Assembly: GCA_964354495.1 (NCBI GenBank)
Contig: CAYHAA010000001.1
Span: 522,910 to 554,909 of the forward strand
Origin: an uncultured archaeon
GTDB lineage: Archaea > Asgardarchaeota > Thorarchaeia > Thorarchaeales > Thorarchaeaceae
Length of the DNA stretch: 32,000 bases
Direction of reading: 5' to 3'
Shown: positions 1 through 8,565 of the stretch, in pieces
Layout: each line of letters begins with the position of its first letter
How positions within the stretch are numbered: position 1 is the stretch's first letter
Notes under the pieces: model-generated
Seen by the model: the letters and a program-made list of their open reading frames with translations, nothing else
Told to the model about the DNA's origin: nothing
Database searches by the model: none
Position numbers and translations under genes: made by a program

Positions 1-786
1 TTCGGATCAGTTCTGTTTTCTCTCCTGTACCTTCTCGGATGCGTGGTCTTCTTTGCACTTCTGGCTCACTTTATCATTGCGGCTCCAGAACCAGATCTGG
101 TCAGTCTGAGAACAGAGATGAAGGCGGCCAAGGAAGAAGCCAAACTTAGCAAGGAAGCTCTTCAGCGACTTGAGGTGGACAACAAGCGACTCAATGAATT
201 CCTCTCCGAGAAAGAGACATCACTAACATCTCTTGAGGGGGAGCTTGAAACAATTAAGGCAGAGATAAGCGAACGTGAAGGGTCGATATCTCTGATGGAA
301 GAACAACTCAAAGCAAAAGCAGGGCCTTCAGGAATTGAAGGTTCGCTTCAGACTCAAATTCAGCAAAGGGATGCGACCATCGTCTCTCTCCAGTCCGAAA
401 TCGCAGACCTAGGCCTCAAGCTCGAGAGCACCAAGGTCAAGCTCCCACCCGCACGAGATGACCGCAAGTTGGCGGAGCTTGAGAAAAGCCTGCAGAATAG
501 TCAAGCTAGATGGATTGACTTGACCCGTCGTGCTGAAACTGCTTCGCAGGTTTCTGACAGTGTCATCTCTGACTTGGTCGAGCTGATTTCACAGGTCAAG
601 GCCAGCAAGAAAGACGAGCCAACAAAACAGACACTGATCACGCTCATCGAGGGTCTTGGAAGGTCCATGACTAGAGTTTCCCGAGAAGTCGGAGATGTTC
701 GGACTGACGAACCGAAGATTGAGCTGATTGGTGCCATTATTACGACCAACGAAATAGTAGATGCTGTCAAGAAAGTGATTCGTTAG
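1..786 (+). CDS. Membrane-anchored coiled-coil protein, 5'-truncated by the window edge
   Basis: Frame 1 is open from base 1 (FGSVLFSLLYLLGCVVFFALLAHFIIAAPEPD...), so the GTG at 43 is probably not the true start. A hydrophobic TM-like segment precedes about 190 aa of E/K/L/Q/S-rich heptad-like sequence. Stop TAG at 784-786. Confidence 0.75.
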   Translation, partial: FGSVLFSLLYLLGCVVFFALLAHFIIAAPEPDLVSLRTEMKAAKEEAKLSKEALQRLEVDNKRLNEFLSEKETSLTSLEGELETIKAEISEREGSISLMEEQLKAKAGPSGIEGSLQTQIQQRDATIVSLQSEIADLGLKLESTKVKLPPARDDRKLAELEKSLQNSQARWIDLTRRAETASQVSDSVISDLVELISQVKASKKDEPTKQTLITLIEGLGRSMTRVSREVGDVRTDEPKIELIGAIITTNEIVDAVKKVIR

Positions 787-928
787 TAGATTAAGGTGGC
801 GTACCACTCGCTGTGTTCAAGAATCCTTAGGCACTCTCGCTAGTACAATTCTTGCACAATGCTTAATAGCACGCTAATCGCTGGTCGAAGCTAATCACAC
901 TACCCGTGGAGAACGCTGAAGAGGAGAT

Positions 929-964
929 AGCTAGTCCTACTGTGACTAGCTTGGAAGTTTTTTT
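929..964 (+). terminator. Terminator-like hairpin plus T7 tract upstream of the protease
   Basis: AGCTAGTC (929-936) / GACTAGCT (944-951) is a perfect 8-bp inverted repeat with loop CTACTGT, followed by seven T at 958-964. Confidence 0.45.
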
Positions 965-1046
965 GCGTACAGAGGATGCCATCTTTTTTTGATGGTATGT
1001 CTCTGTTCGCGTTGTTCTCTACTAATGCGTGAGGAGAAAACGAAAC

Positions 1047-4000
1047 ATGAACAACCTGAAGAAAAATTCGGTGTTGTTGTTGATTGTCATCATGACCCTT
1101 AGTATGGTGATGGTGCCATTCACACCAACGACACAAGTAAATCCGCAGGTTGCAACACCGCAGGTGTCAACTCCTGAGCAGGTCATGCAAGATCTGGATA
1201 AATATATCCAGGAGAGGAGTTTGACAGGCCCGCTGGACTCAGTTCTATCTGCCTATCTTGAGACAGGCACTTTCCCGAGCAGTGTCCCAAAGAACAATGC
1301 TGGAGCGATGGGAATTATCGTTACAGTTGAATCTGACACTGACATGGCCGGTCTCGAAGAGATAATCGATGTCAACTGGAAGGTTGACCTTGGCGCTATG
1401 AAACTTGTAAGCGCATTTGTAGGCAGCACAGATAATGTACTAGCTCTAGCAGACTTCGATGGTGTTGTGGCTGCATATGCGGACAGTCTTAAGACTGAAG
1501 TCACAACTGGCATAGAACCCAGACCAGTGACAACTGCAGATACACCACACGATGAGGTACCAGATGCCTATGTAGTAGACGACTGGATCGGTGCAACTAC
1601 AGTGAATCTTTTGGGATACGAGGGCGAAGGAATGAGAGTTGGAGTCATCGACACTGGTTCGGACTTCAGTATTCCCGACCTTGTAGACGCAGTCGACATC
1701 GGGGCTGATGGCATGCCAACAAGCTATGACCCAACAGGCTATGGCTTCGGTTGTCTGCTCTACAGAGTGAACGCCACAGCTGTGAATGCTACGACTTGGC
1801 TAGGCGCTTCATCATGGAACCTGCTGAGCTACCTGAAGGATGGCAAGTACTATGTTGACTGGTCAAGCATGGGCGCAGCAGCAAACTACGTCAATGGTGG
1901 TGGTCCTCGTGTCAACAACCAAGGTGGTCTTGTGAACTTGGACTGGTGGACCTATGGTTACCTCGCCGCATGGTGGGGCAATGCATACCAGAACCAGGCA
2001 AACCTGACTGACTTCTATGAAACAGTCATGAGACAAGACCAAGAGTTGCCAAACCCGAACACGACTATGAGCAGCCCACTCTCTGGTGGCGCTCGCTACT
2101 ACACCATTGGGTACATTATGCAGCAGCGCAGCAATCCATACATGAAGATCTTTGCGACAGCAATCGTGCTTAACGGCACAACGATCGTCGTGGACTGGAA
2201 CACAACTCGTGCTCACACTGACTTCTGGAACCTGAACATCAACTATGGTGTCTGGGACTTCAATGACACAGCCGCATGGGACTACTACGAGGCAATGGGT
2301 GACTGGAGCTTCGTCGATGACCTTGAGGCTGGCAAGTACTACAAGAAAGATGGTACTACAGAACACTCGGTTATGTATAATGACTGGCCAGATGGCCGGT
2401 TCGGATTGGGTGTACTGGCACACTGCTGGGAAATGAACATCTTCGGACTTGGCATGATCAATGGCATTGGCCTCAGTGGTCGTGCAATTGGTATCATGTA
2501 TGACGGCAACGCACACGGCACATTCGTTGCAGGTCAGATTGCAAGCCGAGGCTTAACAGACTACCCAGTTGGCTTGAACGGAACACTCCAGAGACTAGTT
2601 GGTGTTGCTCCGCAAGCGACTCTCATGGGAGTCATGGCAATTGGCATTTCCAATGAGTTCAACTCCATGTTCTACGCAGCTGGATTCGACTTCGACGGAA
2701 GTTACTTCTCGTGGAACAATGAGAGCGCTCACCAGATGCAGATCACAAGCAACTCTTGGGGCTGGTCTGGCAACCAGGACAACGAGCTATGGGCTATCTA
2801 TTCGCTCATCTATGCAGCTATTGCCACACCTGGATACTTCGATGAAGACTATCCTGGTATGGTCCAATGCTTCTCGTCCGGCAACTCAGGTCCGGGCTAT
2901 GCAACAGTCGGTGCTCCTGGAGCTGCTCAACTCATCCACGTTGGTGCAACAACCAGCTACCATACCTTCGAGAGCTCGTATGGGCCCGACCAAGGCTTTG
3001 ACCAGTTGGCCAGCTTCTCATCGCGAGGACCTATGATTCTTGGCTATCCCAAGCCTGACATCGTTGCTCCAGGGAACAACGTCTTCGGACTATTCCTTCA
3101 CTATGACAGGATATTCCTAGGCATCAATGACGATACGGCTATCTACGGTGGTACATCAATGGCCTGTCCTCTTGCTGCTGGTGCAGCGGCACTGATGATA
3201 GAGGCATACAATGTTACCAACGGAGTAATGCCACGTCCTGACTACATCAAGACGGTAATGCAGAGCACTGCGGTGGATCTTGGAATGGATCCTCTGGCTC
3301 AAGGTAACGGTCGCCTGGATGTTGCGGCTGCTGTCGATTACATCCTAGGCAACGATGGTGTGAGATGGCACAACACAGACTCGAACGCCAATTGGGGTAT
3401 CGAGTACGGCGATGCTTGGGCATACCAGATGAACCCATACGACGGTGACGCATTCATCAATGACACAGTACCGGCAAACTATGCTGACATGAACCTCTAC
3501 TTCGGCACTGTTGCGCCTGGTGGCACGGTCAGTATGACCTTCCACGGAACGCATGCCGACGGTTCTCCAGTTACATTTGCCGAATACACTTGGGCTCCGA
3601 CATACTTCGAGTTCGATCAGCTCATTCAGTTCACATACCAAACATCCATCTACAACGAGTCGACCTCTACGGGTTCGCCTTCAACTAAAGCTGGATGGTT
3701 CGAGTTTGCTGATGTTATGGACTCCTCTCAACTGAGCGATTTCATGAACGCGAAATATGTCACAATCCACATCTCTGGCGAGGAGGCGGTCTTCTATGAC
3801 GATAGCATGTGGGCCTTCGTCTTCGACTGGGATGACACCAACGTGACAAATGGCGTACCCGACTACTACAACCCGACCACTGGGCAGGGTGATGAACTCA
3901 CCAGATGGCAGTATGGCGGTGGTACAGCACAGAACATCAAGATGGATCTATGCCATCCCGATGGCATTGGAAACCTCTTCCCGAACACGGGTATCGTCAT

Positions 4001-5867
4001 GGTCCATGATGACAACATCTGGAGTTGGCCCTACACTGGCGGCAACCTCCTTGATGTGAAAATAGTCCTATGGACCGAGGTGCCTGACGCTCAGATAGCA
4101 CTCGGCATTAATCCTGCTGGCGGCATCTTTGCGAACCTGACAGTCGCTGCCACGACAGACTATGGTATCCACCAAGGATACATTGTCGTGTACGAAGGTC
4201 CTGAGTTTGTGGACAGTATTCCATACACCTTCGACGTCGTTGCTGAACTAGCAACACACGATGGTTCAGGTGTGGAGCTTGCTAACGGAGCAGGTGATGT
4301 GTGGACTCCATACGATCCCGCTCGCGTCAACGCAGGTTGGGACACCTACTACGAGTCATGTGACTATGGTTCATACATAGTCGACATAACCGATGTTGCA
4401 GTGAGGAATGTTGTTGTCAGAGTAGAATGGACTAACCCAAGTACAGATATTGACGTAGCCCTCTTTGATATCTCAGGACTCAGCTTTGGTAGCACCGCAG
4501 GTGCAGACAAGGCTACTGAAACTTCATCCGTGGCTATAGTTGCAGTAACTGAACCAATGCGGTTAATCATCTACACCATTGTGAACTGGCTTGAAGGACC
4601 ATTGCCTGAGAACTATGTTGTGACCATCTATGGCTACGACGAGAACCTACCCTCGCCTGAGCTGCAGCTGACCTACTACTCGAGAGACGTGCCAACAAAG
4701 ACACCTATCTCTGGTGGCGGCACTGCTGCTGGTGACCACGTCATACTGAACGCAACTTGGACCTATCCTGCGGTCGGTGGTATCCCGGAGTTCATAGTGA
4801 CTACCACAGAGATCAAAGTACTATATGGTGCGCTATTTGATTCTGGTGATCAGCCACTTACGAACAACTTGGGAACCAATCCATTCAGCGGTACAATCAA
4901 CCCTGATGCATTCGCTTGGGAGACCGTCCCAGTTGGTATAGGTGATGTTGCACGAGTTGTCGTCGACTTCACGAACGGTGACTGTGACATCATGGCTTGG
5001 TACTCGACAACAGATATGGGTTCCAGGACATATGCCAACAACCTCTTGGGCGCTCAGATGGCCACAGGAGCTCATCCTGAAGTTGGCTCCTTCACTGTGA
5101 CTCAGACAGGCAATGTGGAGTTTGGTATCTTTAACTACGACAACGCAGCAGGTACATACCGATTGACAGTTGACACCCGACTTGGTCTCGAACCAGATCG
5201 TGTGGATACTGACACAATCGAGATCGATACCTACTACCTCATGGCGAACGCTACCTACTCAGTCCTCATTGACAGTGATACTGGTACGAATATACACTAC
5301 ATGCTGGAGATACCCGATATCTTCATCGGTAACTTCTTCGCGCCAGTGGTGACTGTTGATGTGCCTGATGAGATCAGCACCAACTACTTCAACATCACAT
5401 GGTCCTCCTATGACAGGAATGCGGATGACGTGAACTACTACGCGCTCTTCTTGAGCAACGATAACGGTGAGTCGTACCAACTGATACAGCAGAATGGTAC
5501 CCAGCCATTCTACTTGTGGAATGCGTCTGGTTGGGCCGAGGACACCTACAAGGTCAAGGTCCGTGCCTATAGCCTCGACTTCACGAACTTCACAGCCTTA
5601 GGCTTTGACGATGGAGTCTTGTGTGGAGTGGACAACCCACCCACGAGCTACTGGCCCGGTGACTTTGCTGATGGCTTCTCTGCTTCATTCGATGCAGGAG
5701 ATGTCCCACCAGTGACCACACCAACGACTACAACAACGACCACAACCACAACCACAACAACCACACCGCCATCCGGCGGCATTGACCCATTGTTGATTGG
5801 CTTAGTTGGCGGTATTGGAGTAGGTGTTGTCATCATCCTCATCCTCTTCCTGATCAGGAAGAAGTAG
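1047..5867 (+). CDS. Large secreted, C-terminally membrane-anchored S8 (subtilisin/pyrolysin-like) serine protease, 1606 aa
   Basis: Catalytic motifs VIDTG (Asp codon at 1650), NAHGTFVAG (His at 2514), SSGNSG (oxyanion Asn), SSRGP/KPDIVAPG and GGTSMACP (Ser at 3156). Signal peptide MNNLKKNSVLLLIVIMTLSMVMVP. C-terminus: Thr run, TM helix, RKK. Start moved from GTG 1029 to ATG 1047 because GAGGAG (1031-1036) is an RBS. Confidence 0.95.
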   Translation: MNNLKKNSVLLLIVIMTLSMVMVPFTPTTQVNPQVATPQVSTPEQVMQDLDKYIQERSLTGPLDSVLSAYLETGTFPSSVPKNNAGAMGIIVTVESDTDMAGLEEIIDVNWKVDLGAMKLVSAFVGSTDNVLALADFDGVVAAYADSLKTEVTTGIEPRPVTTADTPHDEVPDAYVVDDWIGATTVNLLGYEGEGMRVGVIDTGSDFSIPDLVDAVDIGADGMPTSYDPTGYGFGCLLYRVNATAVNATTWLGASSWNLLSYLKDGKYYVDWSSMGAAANYVNGGGPRVNNQGGLVNLDWWTYGYLAAWWGNAYQNQANLTDFYETVMRQDQELPNPNTTMSSPLSGGARYYTIGYIMQQRSNPYMKIFATAIVLNGTTIVVDWNTTRAHTDFWNLNINYGVWDFNDTAAWDYYEAMGDWSFVDDLEAGKYYKKDGTTEHSVMYNDWPDGRFGLGVLAHCWEMNIFGLGMINGIGLSGRAIGIMYDGNAHGTFVAGQIASRGLTDYPVGLNGTLQRLVGVAPQATLMGVMAIGISNEFNSMFYAAGFDFDGSYFSWNNESAHQMQITSNSWGWSGNQDNELWAIYSLIYAAIATPGYFDEDYPGMVQCFSSGNSGPGYATVGAPGAAQLIHVGATTSYHTFESSYGPDQGFDQLASFSSRGPMILGYPKPDIVAPGNNVFGLFLHYDRIFLGINDDTAIYGGTSMACPLAAGAAALMIEAYNVTNGVMPRPDYIKTVMQSTAVDLGMDPLAQGNGRLDVAAAVDYILGNDGVRWHNTDSNANWGIEYGDAWAYQMNPYDGDAFINDTVPANYADMNLYFGTVAPGGTVSMTFHGTHADGSPVTFAEYTWAPTYFEFDQLIQFTYQTSIYNESTSTGSPSTKAGWFEFADVMDSSQLSDFMNAKYVTIHISGEEAVFYDDSMWAFVFDWDDTNVTNGVPDYYNPTTGQGDELTRWQYGGGTAQNIKMDLCHPDGIGNLFPNTGIVMVHDDNIWSWPYTGGNLLDVKIVLWTEVPDAQIALGINPAGGIFANLTVAATTDYGIHQGYIVVYEGPEFVDSIPYTFDVVAELATHDGSGVELANGAGDVWTPYDPARVNAGWDTYYESCDYGSYIVDITDVAVRNVVVRVEWTNPSTDIDVALFDISGLSFGSTAGADKATETSSVAIVAVTEPMRLIIYTIVNWLEGPLPENYVVTIYGYDENLPSPELQLTYYSRDVPTKTPISGGGTAAGDHVILNATWTYPAVGGIPEFIVTTTEIKVLYGALFDSGDQPLTNNLGTNPFSGTINPDAFAWETVPVGIGDVARVVVDFTNGDCDIMAWYSTTDMGSRTYANNLLGAQMATGAHPEVGSFTVTQTGNVEFGIFNYDNAAGTYRLTVDTRLGLEPDRVDTDTIEIDTYYLMANATYSVLIDSDTGTNIHYMLEIPDIFIGNFFAPVVTVDVPDEISTNYFNITWSSYDRNADDVNYYALFLSNDNGESYQLIQQNGTQPFYLWNASGWAEDTYKVKVRAYSLDFTNFTALGFDDGVLCGVDNPPTSYWPGDFADGFSASFDAGDVPPVTTPTTTTTTTTTTTTTTPPSGGIDPLLIGLVGGIGVGVVIILILFLIRKK
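5713..5766 (+). repeat. Low-complexity ACN codon run encoding a poly-Thr linker (TTP followed by 14 T)
   Basis: acc aca cca acg act aca aca acg acc aca acc aca acc aca aca acc aca, immediately before the TM anchor. Confidence 0.9.
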
Positions 5868-5892
5868 GTCGACTGACATAGCCTTAGTATAA

Positions 5893-5928
5893 AGGGGGCT
5901 ACTGCCCCCTCCCCCTTCTTTTTTGTTT
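5893..5928 (+). terminator. Hairpin plus pyrimidine/T tract terminating the protease gene
   Basis: AGGGGGC-TACT-GCCCCCT (5893-5910) followed by CCCCCTTCTTTTTTGTTT, 26 nt after the stop, between convergent genes. Confidence 0.65.
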
Positions 5929-6030
5929 CAATACCAGTGAGTGAGGAACAGGTCAATGAATATACTAGGAAACAGCTCGCACTTGAACTGGGCTCGGTCT
6001 GACTGAGTCTATTAGGAATGTGGCTGCAAT

Positions 6031-6561
6031 CTAGAATGACTCGTGGATGACGACTTCTTTCATTGCCCTTCGAACAGGCTTGAGTGGTATCTTTCCCATC
6101 GCCCTTCCTACTGGAATGATAGCTACTGGACGCATTGCCATAGGAATGCTTAGTGCACTCACAACTAGCTCCTCGTTAAAGGCACCAATCCAGCAAGTGC
6201 TATAGCCCAGAAGATGCGCCGCCAAGAGCAGGTTCTCTACCAGTGCAGCAGTATCTTGGATTGCGTATAGCTCGCGTCCTCTCTCACCATATCTCTCAGC
6301 TGACTCCTGTGGAACAGCGCATACAACGAGGACAATTGGCGCCTGTGCAAGGAAAGTCTGACCGCCGGCTGCTGCCGCTAGCTGTTCTTTCATCTCTTGA
6401 CGCTTCACTAGTATTACTCTCCATGGCTGTCTATTTCCAGCACTTGGAGCGCTGAAGCCAGCCATGAGAATCTCTTCAATGTCTGCATCTGGGAGTGGCT
6501 CATTTGAATATCTCCTGATTGACCGCCTCTCCTGAATTCTCTTCAAACAACTGTCACTCAT
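6031..6561 (-). CDS. Nitroreductase family protein
   Basis: RRSIRRY, APSAGNRQPW, AHLLGYSTCWIGAF. Its ATG directly abuts the upstream TGA. Confidence 0.92.
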   Translation of the reverse strand: MSDSCLKRIQERRSIRRYSNEPLPDADIEEILMAGFSAPSAGNRQPWRVILVKRQEMKEQLAAAAGGQTFLAQAPIVLVVCAVPQESAERYGERGRELYAIQDTAALVENLLLAAHLLGYSTCWIGAFNEELVVSALSIPMAMRPVAIIPVGRAMGKIPLKPVRRAMKEVVIHESF

Positions 6562-7551
6562 TCATAGCACCTCTGGATTAACGATGTTTGGAGGCCGCGC
6601 ACCCGATAGGGCAGCTCGAAGATTCTCTGCACACATCTTTGCCATGGTGGACCTTGTCCGAGTGCTTGCGCTTCCAATGTGTGGAAGCAGAACAACATTC
6701 TCCAGCTCAAGCAGTGGACTATCCATCCTGATTGGCTCTTCGGCAAAGACATCGAGACCTGCTGCTGCAAGACGTTTTGAACGAAGTGCTTGGTATAGCG
6801 CCTCTTCATCTACCACCGGGCCTCTTGATGTATTCACTAGGATTGCATTTGGCTTCATTTTTGCGAGTTCAGTCTTGCCAATGAGATGTTTCGTTTCGGG
6901 CGTAAGGGGCACATGAAGAGTCACAATGTCTGAGTTTCGAAGAAGAGTGTCCATGTCAACACTGTGTGCACCTAGGTTCTCCTGCAAGCCCTTGTCTGCC
7001 TCCGTGGGAAGTGATGAATATAGAATCTTCATGTCAAATCCGCATGCGCGTCTGGCAACAGCGGTTCCAATTCTGCCAAGTCCTATGATGCCTAGAGTGG
7101 CTCCATGGATGTCCGAACCAAGTAGGAGTTCTGGACCCCAAGCAACCCTCCAGTCGCCCCTCCGGACGTACCTATCTGCTTCAACGATTCTTCTTGATGC
7201 TGCCATGATCAATGCCCAAGTCAAGTCCGCTGTCGTTTCGGTTAGAACTCCGGGTGTGTTGGTCACGATGATTCCTCTCTTTGTGGCAAACTTGAGGTCG
7301 ATATTATCGTAGCCCACAGCATACTGTGCTATCACCCGCAAATCCGGTAGCCGCTCAATGACATCTGCACTGATCGGGTCCGACAGGAGGGTCACCATAC
7401 CATCACACCCTTTTCCATTCTCGATTATCTGTTCCTTTGATGGAGGCATCTCACCTTGCCATACTGAAGCATCGTAATCTCGTCTGATTATCTTCAGTCC
7501 ATCATTCGGTATCCTTCTGGTCACGAAGACGCGTTTCTTCAATTGCTGCAC
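6562..7551 (-). CDS. gyaR: Glyoxylate reductase / D-isomer 2-hydroxyacid dehydrogenase
   Basis: AQYAVGYDNID, NTPGVLTETTADL, GIIGLGRIG (NAD binding), LVNTSRGPVVDE, GLDVFAEEP, LPHIGSAS. GTG start with a GGAG RBS. Confidence 0.9.
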   Translation of the reverse strand: MQQLKKRVFVTRRIPNDGLKIIRRDYDASVWQGEMPPSKEQIIENGKGCDGMVTLLSDPISADVIERLPDLRVIAQYAVGYDNIDLKFATKRGIIVTNTPGVLTETTADLTWALIMAASRRIVEADRYVRRGDWRVAWGPELLLGSDIHGATLGIIGLGRIGTAVARRACGFDMKILYSSLPTEADKGLQENLGAHSVDMDTLLRNSDIVTLHVPLTPETKHLIGKTELAKMKPNAILVNTSRGPVVDEEALYQALRSKRLAAAGLDVFAEEPIRMDSPLLELENVVLLPHIGSASTRTRSTMAKMCAENLRAALSGARPPNIVNPEVL

Positions 7552-7647
7552 CGACTCCTGTTGAGCGATTTATCATTATACTGTTCTGCTTCTTTAATGC
7601 TGCTGTGTAAACGAGGAACTCTCTGAAGATACTGACAAGAATGCTTG

Positions 7648-7665
7648 GACCCTGCATCTTATATT
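7648..7665 (+). promoter_or_regulatory. Putative promoter (TATA-like) of wHTH paralogue 1
   Basis: GACC-CTGCA-TCTTATATT. The same GACC-N5-TCTTATATT pattern occurs upstream of paralogue 2. Confidence 0.5.
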
Positions 7666-7704
7666 CAAAGGTTGTTGATGCCCCCATGTGGTTGTGAGTC
7701 TGCA

Positions 7705-8016
7705 ATGCCCGCCGAACTACCAAACAGCGCACTGATGGTTCTAAGCAGTCTTACCTCCGACGGCCCCATGACTCCCAAGACAATCATAAGTCGCATTGAT
7801 CTGCCAGCCCGCACAATAACGTTTGCTCTTCATGTACTCCTTGAAGAGAAGATAGTTCGAAGAGTGCCCAACTTGTTTGACATGCGCCAACCCTACTATC
7901 ACGTCGATACTGAGCGGATCAGGGAGCTGCAACTCGCCTTCAAGGTCGACCGCGTGACCCGTTTACAGACCGAGATACGCCAGGGCAGTCATCAGGGAAG
8001 CACATTCAACAGATAA
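7705..8016 (+). CDS. Small winged helix-turn-helix DNA-binding protein (MarR/ArsR-like), paralogue 1
   Basis: LTSDGPMTPKTIISRIDLPARTITFALHVL...PNLFDMRQPYY fits an HTH-plus-wing pattern. ATG 7705 was chosen because it aligns with the start of paralogue 2; the ORF track starts at 7645. Confidence 0.85.
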   Translation: MPAELPNSALMVLSSLTSDGPMTPKTIISRIDLPARTITFALHVLLEEKIVRRVPNLFDMRQPYYHVDTERIRELQLAFKVDRVTRLQTEIRQGSHQGSTFNR

Positions 8017-8085
8017 TGATCTGTACTTCCGAAAAGGATATTATGCAATATTGAGTAAGCACTCAAAAGTGGGCCATAATGCTGT

Positions 8086-8103
8086 GACCTTATCTCTTAT
8101 ATT
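8086..8103 (+). promoter_or_regulatory. Putative promoter (TATA-like) of wHTH paralogue 2
   Basis: GACC-TTATC-TCTTATATT, matching 7648-7665. Confidence 0.5.
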
Positions 8104-8168
8104 GCTATCAACGCAAATGCAACACGGGGACAGAAAGACCCGATTAGTTTAGGGATGGTACAGAGCAG

Positions 8169-8435
8169 ATGTCTATTGAACTTCCTCGTAGTGCAATCAT
8201 TGTTTTGGACCGTCTGACCTCACAAGGACCAATGACTCCAAAAGCCATCAGCAGCATGGTGGATCTGGCTCCTCGGACAGTTAGTTTTGCGCTCAGGAAA
8301 CTCATGGGTCAGAGACTCTGCAGGAAGATACCCAATCTCAATGACATGAGACAACCCCTCTATGCCGCTGATATGGAGCGCGCGAGAGAACTCAGGGCAA
8401 GATTCGAGCACGTCTTCAGGCAAGTGCTGGTATGA
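8169..8435 (+). CDS. Small winged helix-turn-helix DNA-binding protein, paralogue 2
   Basis: 38 of the first 68 aa are identical to paralogue 1 in my ungapped manual alignment. Shared motifs GPMTPK, RTxxFAL, PNLxDMRQPxY. Confidence 0.88.
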   Translation: MSIELPRSAIIVLDRLTSQGPMTPKAISSMVDLAPRTVSFALRKLMGQRLCRKIPNLNDMRQPLYAADMERARELRARFEHVFRQVLV

Positions 8436-8565
8436 GCAGTACAGGGCTTTTTCCCGCAAGGACACCTCCTTTCAAAGCCTTCTATCAACATATTCAAAGT
8501 AGAACTGACAAGTGATGACTAGGTTAATATTCCGACGCTTCAAGCGCAGTCGCGAGTGACTACTG

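Noticed and set aside
787-850. tRNA-like T-loop (GTTCAAGAATCC)
   Set aside because: Spacing is wrong and no acceptor, D or anticodon stems can be formed.
880-960. TPP riboswitch upstream of the protease (TACCCGT...GAAC..CTGA)
   Set aside because: The conserved GCTGAGA and CTGAT...TAATGC..GCG.AGG elements are missing, and the downstream gene is unrelated to thiamine.
906-992. 28-aa upstream ORF ending at a T7 slippery run
   Set aside because: No RBS, and no frameshift joins it to the protease because stops intervene in the protease frame.
1253-5480. Numerous 60-217 aa ORFs overlapping the protease, and similar ORFs overlapping dnaK, dnaJ, citG, the ATPase, the MFS genes and top6B
   Set aside because: Alternate-frame or antisense shadows of well-supported long genes, with no independent motifs.
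5648-5956. Minus-strand ORF with a poly-Val run
   Set aside because: It is the antisense shadow of the protease's poly-Thr linker and TM anchor.
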